DNA from: Candidatus Bathyarchaeia archaeon
GTDB lineage: Archaea; Thermoproteota; CALKCG01; B24
DNA: 64,000 nucleotides
Assembly: GCA_038870975.1 (NCBI GenBank)
Contig: JAVZJD010000002.1
Coordinates: 320,001 to 384,000, forward strand
Direction of reading: 5' to 3'
A program made the position numbers and the translations under genes. The notes beneath the pieces were generated by a model. It was not told the origin of the DNA. It saw only the letters and a program-made list of their open reading frames with translations, and did no database searches. How positions within the stretch are numbered: the stretch's first letter is position 1; each line of letters opens with the position of its first letter. Below are positions 40,586 to 50,067 of the stretch, one piece after another.

Positions 40586-41782
40586 TCATCCCTCTGTGAC
40601 GGATTCTATGCAGTTTTTAAGATTCCCATAAAAAACGTTTACCTTCGTTAGAAGGCTTGTATAGAATGCAGCTTTAGCACTATCTACGGCAACGTTTTTA
40701 AAACCTAGATCCTTAAGGGGGGCCAAAGCCATACAACAGTCTGTATAGACTTCTCCACCAGCGTTTTTTATGATTCTAAGGAGACCGCATTTTTCAGCTA
40801 GTTTTTTAACACCGATAGATGTGAAAAACCAGATCTTGCAACCCTTCTTTACATGCCTATTCTTTAATATTTTAACAGCATCTTCGAGCTCTGAGAGAGA
40901 CATATGTGGACAGCCTATAGCAACTAGCTCTACAGACCCATTTACCGGTTTAAAATATTCATCGTAGGTCTCTGTTAGGTCTCTACTTGAGAAGTTTAGC
41001 CTTTCTACCTGATCTATCAAGGCATCCTTATACTCAGGTGTAGCCTCTTCAACGTGATATAAAGCAATACTACCTGCAGCTCCTAAACCAGCTCCCAATG
41101 CCTTAAGCTCCTCACTGCGATTGGGTTTTAAACCTCGAAAATATGGAACACCTGAAGTTATGGTCTTACCGACCCAATAGCCGAGAGCACTATAGTCACT
41201 TAAAGTTTCAAGTTTAACATCCACGTTAATCAATACTGTAGCCTTACGGTTCTCATCTAAGTGAAACCCATAATTGGGTGTTTTACCTACTATGGCTGAT
41301 GCTAAAGCTGAAGGCCCTCCTTCTCGATTTGTTCTAGCACCTAAAACTGAGTTTGCAAAGCATACAGCTGAAGATTCAGACCAAGCTATGTGCTCACCAA
41401 ACCTAGGGATTATACCCGCAAGGTAGGGAGTGCAGGAACATATTGGTTTAACTCCCAACCTCGTATATGCTTGTATTATCCTAAATTGCTTAGAAGCATA
41501 CTCCTGAGATACACCCATGTCCATCCAACTTTCAAGGTCTATGCTCGCTGGATTCAGCGTAGCCAACACTGCGACATGACAATTCCCTAGAGATTCAAGC
41601 CACTCTATACCTTCATCTCCCAGAGAAGTGTAGCTTACACCAGCTATTTGAGCTGAGGATATCCGTATTAGTCTGTCCGCACCATAGATGTCGCCTAATG
41701 CTACAACAATTTCCATAGCTTTCTGTTTAGCGTAACCCTCCTCCCCCTTGAGGATACGTTCCTCCTCTTTTGTCAAGTACAA
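40586..41782 (-). CDS. Aconitase X catalytic subunit (phosphomevalonate dehydratase large subunit)
   Basis: MYLTKEEE, GVSY, CSCTPY, AWSESSA, ANSVLGARTNREG, GCPH. Confidence 0.92.
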   Translation of the reverse strand: MYLTKEEERILKGEEGYAKQKAMEIVVALGDIYGADRLIRISSAQIAGVSYTSLGDEGIEWLESLGNCHVAVLATLNPASIDLESWMDMGVSQEYASKQFRIIQAYTRLGVKPICSCTPYLAGIIPRFGEHIAWSESSAVCFANSVLGARTNREGGPSALASAIVGKTPNYGFHLDENRKATVLINVDVKLETLSDYSALGYWVGKTITSGVPYFRGLKPNRSEELKALGAGLGAAGSIALYHVEEATPEYKDALIDQVERLNFSSRDLTETYDEYFKPVNGSVELVAIGCPHMSLSELEDAVKILKNRHVKKGCKIWFFTSIGVKKLAEKCGLLRIIKNAGGEVYTDCCMALAPLKDLGFKNVAVDSAKAAFYTSLLTKVNVFYGNLKNCIESVTEG

Positions 41783-41785
41783 AGT

Positions 41786-43045
41786 CTAGACAAGCCTCCT
41801 GAAAGAATTTATATCAGCTCCTAGTGGAATGGTAGCATCTACAATCCACTTAGACGTTAGGCCTGTCTTCCCCTGCGATGGATCTAGACTTGAACCCCTA
41901 ACACCTGAAATTATCACAACACCCTTATCTGGTTGCAACCTTGTCGCCAGAGCCCATTCAACATCATTTGGACTCTCGACATCTATATCATCGTCAACTA
42001 CAATAACCATTTTAAGGCTTGGATGGGCCGCTAAGGCTGCTAAACCAGCGTTCTTCCCATCACCTTCGTGCATCTTCTTAATCGCAACAACAGCGTGAAG
42101 CCAACAACAACCACCAGATGTAAGGTGGACACTTTTGACAGTGGGTACAGTGTTTTTAATGATTTTAAGCATTCTAGCCTCTTGTGGAACACCCATTAAG
42201 TGTTTATGCTCTAAACCACCAGGTAAGATCAAATGCCAGATCGGTTCACGTTTCATATAGAGCTTCTCAACTTCTAGGATGGGTTGTTTTCTAACAGCAT
42301 CGATTGTCCCAGTAAGGTCTACAAAGGGTCCTTCGTCAGCCTCTTCATCTTTGAGGATCTTGCCCACCATAACAATTTCTGCCTCAGCTGGTACATCAAG
42401 TCCATCCATGTTTATGCACTGGAATTCATGGAAGACCCTTGCAAGTTGCAACTCATTTAATTCGGGATATGAAGTTGCTGCGGCCATACATATAGTTGGA
42501 TGGACACCTGATACTATAGCGACTTTCGTATCTCTACCCAACTTACGATTGAGAGTATAAAACCTGTATAAATCTCTTGGAACTATCCTTATCGCAAGTT
42601 TGTTTTTCTCCAATAGCATAAGCCTATGGAACGACGCATTCATCCTACCAGTCTCTGGATCCCTTGCTAAGACTATCGTTCCAGTTGCATACCGTCGTCC
42701 AAGACCTCTGTAGAATATCGGAAACGGTAGATGTTTTATGAGATCTGGTTTCTCGTAGACATTTTCCATGAATTCGGCAGAGTCTGTATATTCATAGGAT
42801 TTAGGATGCTCTAGAGCATCAGACCAAGCTTCGTGAAGTTTTTCATATGGTATCTTTATGGCCTTAGATATCATCCTTCTAGAGCTACATAAATTTCCGA
42901 CGACTTTTAAACCTGGATACCCTCTCACTCTTCGAAATACGACTGGGATGTCAGTCTTCGTAAGATATTCTGCAAACCCGTAGTCTGGGTCTACTTCGTC
43001 GTCTATATATACCGCCCCAACTTCTTCCAAAAACTTTCTAAGCAC
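41786..43045 (-). CDS. UbiD-family decarboxylase (likely anhydromevalonate phosphate decarboxylase)
   Basis: NASFHRL, EGPFVDLTG, GGCCWLH, VVDDDID, GSSLDPS; next to the AcnX pair. Confidence 0.88.
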   Translation of the reverse strand: MLRKFLEEVGAVYIDDEVDPDYGFAEYLTKTDIPVVFRRVRGYPGLKVVGNLCSSRRMISKAIKIPYEKLHEAWSDALEHPKSYEYTDSAEFMENVYEKPDLIKHLPFPIFYRGLGRRYATGTIVLARDPETGRMNASFHRLMLLEKNKLAIRIVPRDLYRFYTLNRKLGRDTKVAIVSGVHPTICMAAATSYPELNELQLARVFHEFQCINMDGLDVPAEAEIVMVGKILKDEEADEGPFVDLTGTIDAVRKQPILEVEKLYMKREPIWHLILPGGLEHKHLMGVPQEARMLKIIKNTVPTVKSVHLTSGGCCWLHAVVAIKKMHEGDGKNAGLAALAAHPSLKMVIVVDDDIDVESPNDVEWALATRLQPDKGVVIISGVRGSSLDPSQGKTGLTSKWIVDATIPLGADINSFRRLV

Positions 43046-44141
43046 TTTCAGACATCCTCCTTGCCATTGGATAACTCCCCAAAACTTTTAGAAAACTAGC
43101 TCTAACCTCAAGTTCACTTATAGCTTCACGTACATGTGTGTCGTTCCTATGCCCCTCCATATCCATGTAGAATACGTAGTCCCAGGGTTTACCTCTAGTA
43201 GGCCTAGACTCTATCTTAGTCAGATTTACGCCTTTTAAAGCAAACGGCTCTAACGCCTTGTAAAGTGCTCCTGGTTTATTTGGAACGGAAAATATGAGTG
43301 AAGTTTTATCAAAACCAGTAGGAGGGTGCTCTTTTAAACTCAAAATGATGAACCTCGTGTAATTGTCATGGTAGTCTTGTATGGACCTAGCCAAAATATC
43401 CAACCCATATATGGAAGCTGTATACTCTGATGCTATAGCAGCAGCCCCACGCAAGTTCTTTACTATTTCAGCCGCTCTAGAAGTACTGTTCACTTCTACT
43501 ACTTCAGCTTGGGGCACTACTGTTTCAAGAAATGATCTACACTGAGCTATAGCTTGAGGATGTGAAAAGACAACCCTTATATCTTCTATTGTAGAACCTG
43601 CCCCGGCTAGTAAACAGTGATCTATTCTAAGCTCCACCTCACCGTAGATCTTTAGAGGTGTATCCAAGAGAATATCAAGTGTAGTATTCACAGAGCCTTC
43701 GATAGAATTTTCAATAGGGACAATTCCCATGTCTACCTCGCCAGCTTCAACGCTTCGGAAGACTTCACGTATAGTTGATTTAGCTACATACTGTACGTTA
43801 GCTTCATTCATAAACTTTCTAGCAGCCAGTTCTGTAAATGAGCCTTTAGGACCTAAATACGCTATACTGATGTCGCGATAAGAAGACGTTGATAAACCTA
43901 TTATCCTCTTGAAAATCTCCTCAGTAAGAATTGGATCTAGTTCGAGATTTATAGCTTTGGTTCTTACTGTTTCTAGGATTTCCCTCTCGCGTTTAGCATC
44001 CTTAAATGGTAAACTCAATTTCTTCTTAGTTTCCAGAATTCTTTTAACCAGTTCAGACCGTTCCTTTAGAAGCTTAAGCAATTCAAAATCTACTTGATCT
44101 ATACGTTTTCTCAATTCTTCTATTTCCAAGAGAAGTTTCAC
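43038..44141 (-). CDS. pheA: Chorismate mutase/prephenate dehydratase
   Basis: LRKRIDQVD CM domain; AYLGPKGSFT, PIENSIEGSV, SHPQAIAQC, NYTRF, NLTKIESRP. Confidence 0.95.
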   Translation of the reverse strand: MKLLLEIEELRKRIDQVDFELLKLLKERSELVKRILETKKKLSLPFKDAKREREILETVRTKAINLELDPILTEEIFKRIIGLSTSSYRDISIAYLGPKGSFTELAARKFMNEANVQYVAKSTIREVFRSVEAGEVDMGIVPIENSIEGSVNTTLDILLDTPLKIYGEVELRIDHCLLAGAGSTIEDIRVVFSHPQAIAQCRSFLETVVPQAEVVEVNSTSRAAEIVKNLRGAAAIASEYTASIYGLDILARSIQDYHDNYTRFIILSLKEHPPTGFDKTSLIFSVPNKPGALYKALEPFALKGVNLTKIESRPTRGKPWDYVFYMDMEGHRNDTHVREAISELEVRASFLKVLGSYPMARRMSESA

Positions 44142-44154
44142 CTAAGCAAGTGGC

Positions 44155-45276
44155 TTATACATTTTCTCTTAAAGCATTCTCAAAAACTTTTGGTATAAGT
44201 CCTAATGTCAAGCAGTGGTCTGCTATTACAAATGCTAGACAGGCTTCAACAATCGGCACTGCACGGGGTACTATACAGGGGTCATGTCTACCCTTAATCT
44301 CTATATATGTATCCTCTTTCCTAATAAGGTCGACAGTCTTTTGTCTCTTAGGTATTGAAGGGGTTGGTTTGAAAGTTACCCTAACTACTATGGGCATCCC
44401 GTTGGACAAACCTCCTAGAATACCACCTGAATTATTTGTTATAGTCTCCACTCTACCATTTCTATAGACATACTGGTCGTTGAATTCAGAGCCCATCATA
44501 TATGCAGCTCTAACACCAGCTCCAAATTCCACAGCTTTAACTGCTGGAATATTGAACAATAATTGGGCGATATCTCCATCAAGGCTTCCGAATAATGGAT
44601 CTCCTAATCCAACTGGAACGTTAAACGCTAAGCCTTCAACAACACCTCCAATACTGTCCGATTTTGCAGCAACCTCTAGTATAACCTGCTCCATTTCTTT
44701 AGACACCTCCTGATCTACGCATCTGACGCGGCTTGTATAGACTTTGGTTTTAAGCTCTTCTAGACTTACTTCTCTCTCAAGCTTAACATGCCCTATCTGG
44801 ACTGTATGCGCGTAAACTTGGATGCCTATCATTGAGAGTAGTTTTTTAGCCACAGCTCCAGCCATGACATATGCTACGGTCATGCGTCCTGAGAACATCC
44901 CCCCACCCCTATAGTCATTAAAGCCCCCGTATCTTATGAAAGCCGGATAATCAGCGTGACTAGGTCTAGGTTTAAACTTGAATTCTTCATAGACAGCTGG
45001 GTCTACATCTAAATTCCTCACGATCATACACAATGGCGCTCCAGTTGTACGTCCCCTGAATACTCCAGATTTAAACTCGACTTTATCTACTTCTGCTCTA
45101 AGAGTAGACAATTCACTAATAGGCCTCCTCTTATCAACTTCTCTTTGAACATCCTCAAGGCTTAGAGGTAGCCCAGCTGGACAGCCATCTAAGACAACTC
45201 CCACAACTTCACCGTGACTTTCTCCAAAAACCGTCATTACAAGACTACGTCCTATGGAATTCAAACAGTGCACCAT
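44155..45276 (-). CDS. aroC: Chorismate synthase
   Basis: FGESHG, RPSHADY, SGRMT, NNSGGILGG, GRHDPC. Confidence 0.96.
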   Translation of the reverse strand: MVHCLNSIGRSLVMTVFGESHGEVVGVVLDGCPAGLPLSLEDVQREVDKRRPISELSTLRAEVDKVEFKSGVFRGRTTGAPLCMIVRNLDVDPAVYEEFKFKPRPSHADYPAFIRYGGFNDYRGGGMFSGRMTVAYVMAGAVAKKLLSMIGIQVYAHTVQIGHVKLEREVSLEELKTKVYTSRVRCVDQEVSKEMEQVILEVAAKSDSIGGVVEGLAFNVPVGLGDPLFGSLDGDIAQLLFNIPAVKAVEFGAGVRAAYMMGSEFNDQYVYRNGRVETITNNSGGILGGLSNGMPIVVRVTFKPTPSIPKRQKTVDLIRKEDTYIEIKGRHDPCIVPRAVPIVEACLAFVIADHCLTLGLIPKVFENALRENV

Positions 45277-45358
45277 AATTTCTACGAGGTGGGAGATATT
45301 TAGACTCTTCTGTGAGGAAGATAAATATCTCAGTCTAGCTCTACAATATTTAGAGGTG

Positions 45359-46220
45359 ATGGCCTTTCAAAATCAGATATCCCGCTCAAGCTGGAGCATT
45401 TTACAGTGGGAGCCGTGACGGACTGATTAAGCAAATAGAAGAGTGTTTTAAGCATAAGCTTGGACCTGGATACCTGCCTAAAGTCAGATCTATTGGTGAA
45501 GGAGAGAGAAAGATCTGTGGATTAGTATCGCCTCACGCAGGGTATATGTATTCTGGACCTGTTGCAGCACATGGATATTGTAAACTTGCTGAGGATGGCA
45601 CCCCCAATGTCTTTGTAATACTGGGCCCCAACCATACTGGATTGGGGAGTGGTATTTCCATATACCCATTTGAGGGAATTTGGAGGACACCGCTTGGAAA
45701 CGTTGAAGTAGATTCTCAAACATGTAAGAAAATAGTTGAAGCTTCAGATTTAATAGATATCGATGAAAGAGCGCATTCATATGAGCATTCAATTGAAGTG
45801 CAGATTCCATTTCTCCAATACCTCTATGGATCTCCCAGAATAGTACCAATATGTATGCTCATGCAAGACCTTGAGACTTCTAGGGAGCTTGGAGAAGCTT
45901 TAGCCACAGCTCTTAAAAATATTGATGCTGTCATAATAGCTTCTACAGATTTAAACCACTACGAGCCTCACGAAAGAACTATTAGGAAAGATAGGCTCGT
46001 CATAGATGCCATTCTTAAAATGGATGAAGAGGCTTTATTTAAAGCCGTAGATGAAGGTGTCAGTATGTGTGGACCTGGCCCTGTAGCCACGATGATCGTA
46101 GCGTTAAAAACACTCGGAAATATTAAAACGACACTTCTAAGCCATAGGACGAGCGGAGATATAACTGGAGACTACTCGGCTGTTGTAGGATATGCTTCCA
46201 TAGTCTTTGAGCGTGTTTAA
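45359..46220 (+). CDS. MEMO1/AmmeMemoRadiSam protein B (start anomaly)
   Basis: In-frame KIRYPAQAGAFY from 45369, SPHAGYMYSG, GPNHTG, EHSIEVQIPF, ASTDLNHY, MCGPG. The ATG at 45359 is one base out of frame. Confidence 0.88.
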
Positions 46221-46221
46221 A

Positions 46222-47130
46222 ATGAAAAGCTACTGTAAAGCCTCTGCACCTGGTAAAGTAATACTTTTCGGAGAACACTTCGTGGTGTATGGGGAGCCGG
46301 CTATAGCTGTAGCGATTGACCTTAGAGTTAAAGTAACGGCATATAAGTCTCAAACCACTTTCATTGAAGGCTTTAGAACTACTCTAGTCGATAAGGCACT
46401 AGCCGTCGCCCTAAAAGCTGTAAGCTCGAAGAGAGAGGATGTCCACGTGAAAATAGAGTCTAACTTGCCAATATCGGTTGGGTTAGGTTCTTCAGCAGCT
46501 ACCGCCTCAGCCATCATAGCCGCGATAGCTGGTCTATTCGAAGTTAAACTATCTAAAGATGAACTTTTCAAAATGACCCTAGAATGTGAAAAAACTGTGC
46601 ATGTAAATCCTTCAGGCATAGATCCAGCTGTAGCGGTAAACGGTGGAGCCATACTATATCAACGTGGAGTAGGAGCTAAACCAGTGAAACTATTGGAAGA
46701 TTTTACGCTCGTCGTGGGGAATACTGGAGAAAGGAGATCTACAGGGGTTATGGTTGAAAAGGTTAGAGCTTTTGCTGAGAAGAGGACGGATGTAATGGAG
46801 CGCCTTAGGAAGACCTACTTATCCACTGTTTTAAGAGCATTAAAGGCACTTGAAGAGGGGGATCTTGAAGAATTGGGGTTGCTTATGAATGTAAACCACG
46901 GCCTACTCGAAGCCCTGGGTGTTTCAAATTTCAAACTTAATAAACTCGTGTATGCATCTAGGGAGGCTGGAGCTTTAGGGGCTAAAATGACTGGGGGTGG
47001 AGGAGGAGGATGTATGGTAGCCCTAGTGCCTAAGGAGAGATTAAAATTCGTTGTAGAAGGTATAAAACAGGCTGGAGGAGAACCCATAGTTGCTCCAGTG
47101 TCTAGAATTGGTGTGACTTATGAAGATTGA
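46222..47130 (+). CDS. mvk: Mevalonate kinase
   Basis: APGKVILFGEHFVVYG, GLGSSA, HVNPSGID, KMTGGGGGG. Confidence 0.95.
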   Translation: MKSYCKASAPGKVILFGEHFVVYGEPAIAVAIDLRVKVTAYKSQTTFIEGFRTTLVDKALAVALKAVSSKREDVHVKIESNLPISVGLGSSAATASAIIAAIAGLFEVKLSKDELFKMTLECEKTVHVNPSGIDPAVAVNGGAILYQRGVGAKPVKLLEDFTLVVGNTGERRSTGVMVEKVRAFAEKRTDVMERLRKTYLSTVLRALKALEEGDLEELGLLMNVNHGLLEALGVSNFKLNKLVYASREAGALGAKMTGGGGGGCMVALVPKERLKFVVEGIKQAGGEPIVAPVSRIGVTYED

Positions 47131-47917
47131 GGCTATAATTAAACTCGGCGGTAGTGTTATAACAGTTAAAGACAGGTTTATGGCTGTTAACCGTAAAGCT
47201 TTAAACAGGCTTGCACATGAAATTTCAGCCTCAAGCTTGGAAAGAGTCGTTATAGTGCATGGAGGGGGGTCTTTCGGACATCCCCTAGCTTTAAAATACG
47301 GGTTGAACAAAGAGTTTACAGGGTTGGAAGAACAGATCGCAGGTTTCTCTATAACGCATAGAGCTATGCTTAAACTTAACGAAAAAGTTCTGGAGGCATT
47401 AGAACGTAGGGGTTTAAAAGTTGTTCCCTTACCGCCCATAGCTTTCGCAACACTTGCATTGGGCAATTTAAAAAGTCTCTTCTACGAACCTTTTATCAAT
47501 GCTTTAAAAATGGGTTTAATACCGGTAACATTTGGTGATGTTGCATTCGACCTTTATAGGGGTTTCTCAATAATCTCTGGAGATTTGCTTATGTCTAAGC
47601 TCTCATGTAAACTTAAACCTTTAAAAGCCGTCTTTACAATCGACGTCGATGGATTATATACGGATAACCCTAAGTACAACCCCGAAGCGCAACTTGTAAC
47701 TGAGGCTACGGTTGATGAAGTAGATGCCCTTATAAGGCGATTGAGCTTTAAATCGTCTGATGCTACTGGTGGAATGTGGTTCAAACTCGAACGTGCATGT
47801 GAAATAGCTCGCATGGGTGTGGATGTCTATATAATCAGTGGATTAAAACCCGGGAGGCTTTTTAAAGTTCTTAAGGGTGAGAAAGTTATGGGTACAGTGA
47901 TAAAAGGTGTTCAATAG
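47120..47917 (+). CDS. Isopentenyl phosphate kinase
   Basis: KLGGSVIT, HGGGSFGH, SGD, DVDG, DATGGM; mevalonate context. Confidence 0.92.
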   Translation: MKIEAIIKLGGSVITVKDRFMAVNRKALNRLAHEISASSLERVVIVHGGGSFGHPLALKYGLNKEFTGLEEQIAGFSITHRAMLKLNEKVLEALERRGLKVVPLPPIAFATLALGNLKSLFYEPFINALKMGLIPVTFGDVAFDLYRGFSIISGDLLMSKLSCKLKPLKAVFTIDVDGLYTDNPKYNPEAQLVTEATVDEVDALIRRLSFKSSDATGGMWFKLERACEIARMGVDVYIISGLKPGRLFKVLKGEKVMGTVIKGVQ

Positions 47918-49011
47918 TGGATTCCATAGGTAGAAGGAAGAACGACCATATACGCATCTGTTCCGAGAAAGAAGTTGAGGCGAAAACAATTACTCCTGGC
48001 TTTGAAAACGTGCACTTAATACATAGATGTATACCAGAAATAGACTTTGAAAAAATAGACCTTTCCGTTAAATTTCTAGGCTTCAATTTTAAAGCTCCAA
48101 TAATGATTTCAGCTATGACTGGCGGAACAGCTGAAGCTACTAAGATAAACGCCAACTTAGCTAAAGCCGCTGGAGAACTTGGGATAGGTATGTGTCTTGG
48201 GAGTGGAAGAGTATGTCTTAAAAATCCAAGTTCCATACAATCTTTTAAGATAGCAAGAGAGAATGCAGAAAAGGCATTTATTTCAGCTAATATAGGTTTT
48301 CAGGAGCTTTTAACACATTCATATGGTGAATTGAAAAAATTGGTTGAAATACTTGATGCAAATGCTCTAACTGTCCATTTAAATCCTCTTCATGAACTCC
48401 TCCAACATGAAGGTTCAGGAATTTTTAAGGGAATTTTGAATAGACTCAGGGAATTGAAATTGAACCTTGAATGCCCTTTGATAGTTAAAGAGGTCGGGTC
48501 CGGTATATGTAGAGAAGACGCTAAACTTTTAGCATCTACGGGTATCGACGCACTTGAAACCTCTGGAGCGGGTGGGACAAGTTGGGCTGGTGTAGAGTAC
48601 TATAGAAACATAGAGGCTGGTGAAGAAGAGAAAGCTGAACTTTCTAAAACCTTCTGGGATTGGGGTATTCCAACGGCTATATCCATACTCGAAGTGAAAT
48701 CTGTTGTAAAATTACCTTTGGTAGCTTCAGGAGGCATTCGGAGCGGTTTAGATGTTGCTAAAGCCTTAGTTTTAGGTGCAGATTTAGCTGGTTTAGCACT
48801 CCCACTACTTAAACCTGCGATAGAAAGTTGGGAGAGTGTTCTGAAAGTCTTAAGAAGAATTCGTGAGGAATTAAAGTTGGCTATGGTTTTAACAGGCTCT
48901 GAGACTATAGAAGAGCTTAAAAGCAGGCCATATGTTTTAACTGGTCTCGTTAGAGACTGGGCTGTATTTAGGAAACTGAAAATTAGGTGTGAAGAATGGC
49001 AAACCTCATGA
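47917..49011 (+). CDS. fni: Type 2 isopentenyl-diphosphate isomerase
   Basis: RRKNDHI, SAMTGG, HLNPLHE, KEVGSG, GAGGTSW, WGIPT, SGGIR. Confidence 0.94.
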   Translation: MDSIGRRKNDHIRICSEKEVEAKTITPGFENVHLIHRCIPEIDFEKIDLSVKFLGFNFKAPIMISAMTGGTAEATKINANLAKAAGELGIGMCLGSGRVCLKNPSSIQSFKIARENAEKAFISANIGFQELLTHSYGELKKLVEILDANALTVHLNPLHELLQHEGSGIFKGILNRLRELKLNLECPLIVKEVGSGICREDAKLLASTGIDALETSGAGGTSWAGVEYYRNIEAGEEEKAELSKTFWDWGIPTAISILEVKSVVKLPLVASGGIRSGLDVAKALVLGADLAGLALPLLKPAIESWESVLKVLRRIREELKLAMVLTGSETIEELKSRPYVLTGLVRDWAVFRKLKIRCEEWQTS

Positions 49012-50003
49012 ATGAATTATCCATAATTTCAGAGAAGGTTTCCAGGGAAATCTGTAAGGTTATCGGGGAACTTAACATTCCAGATGCCTTACGCGAATCT
49101 AGTTATCATCTTCTAAAAGCTGGTGGTAAAAGACTTAGACCGTTTGTAATTGTAAAGTCTTATGAAGCATGTGGTGGAACCGGCTCCAAGCCATATCCAG
49201 CCGCTGTGGCAGTTGAAATTCTACACACGTTCACGTTGATTCACGATGATATAATCGACCGTGATGAAACCAGAAGGGGAGTCCCGACTGTTCACATACT
49301 CTGGGGGATTCCACAAGCCATAATATCAGGCGATATGCTCTTCGCATTGGTTTATAAAATTCTTTCTAGAAATATGAGAGCTGAAGGCATTAGAGACTCC
49401 ATTATAGTGGAAGTTATCGAGAGATTTTCCGAAGCTCTGATAGACATCTGTGCGGGACAAACTATGGATATGAAACTGGCTGAGAAGCCAATACGCGGTG
49501 TAACAATTGAGGAGTATATGAGAATGATTAACCTTAAGACGGCTAGACTCTACATGGTTTCCGCAGAAATAGGCGCACTCATAGCTGAGGCTTCTCCAAA
49601 GGAGGTTGAGGCGTTGAGAAACTACGGACTGTATTCTGGTATGGCTTTCCAAATGGTCGACGATATACTTGGGGTTTCAGGCGTCGAAAAAGAGCTTGGC
49701 AAACCTGTCGGAAGCGATATAAGAGAGGGGAAAAAGACCATAGTCGTTCTCGAGGCTTTAAGTAGACTTGATGATTGGGGGAGGCGAAGACTTATGGAGG
49801 TTTTAGGTAGCCGAACTGCTTCTAAAGAGCAGATACTAGAAGCCATAAGACTCATAGAGTCTTCAGGCGCTATAGAGCATGCCAAAAAACTCGCCCATGA
49901 GTATTCTCTAAAGGCAAAAAAAGCCTTAAGTTTACTTCCCAAGACAGAAGCTAGAGACCTTCTAGAAGCTTTAACGGACTTCATAGTTGAACGGAGATAC
50001 TAG
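48996..50003 (+). CDS. Geranylgeranyl diphosphate synthase (polyprenyl synthetase)
   Basis: GGKRLRP, FTLIHDDIIDRDETRRG, KT, FQMVDDILG, GKPVGSDIREGK. Confidence 0.93.
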   Translation: MANLMNELSIISEKVSREICKVIGELNIPDALRESSYHLLKAGGKRLRPFVIVKSYEACGGTGSKPYPAAVAVEILHTFTLIHDDIIDRDETRRGVPTVHILWGIPQAIISGDMLFALVYKILSRNMRAEGIRDSIIVEVIERFSEALIDICAGQTMDMKLAEKPIRGVTIEEYMRMINLKTARLYMVSAEIGALIAEASPKEVEALRNYGLYSGMAFQMVDDILGVSGVEKELGKPVGSDIREGKKTIVVLEALSRLDDWGRRRLMEVLGSRTASKEQILEAIRLIESSGAIEHAKKLAHEYSLKAKKALSLLPKTEARDLLEALTDFIVERRY

Positions 50004-50067
50004 GACCTTCAATTGGATTAAGTTAGAGGTAAAAATTTAGAGAGCCTAATGAGGTATAGTAACTAGT

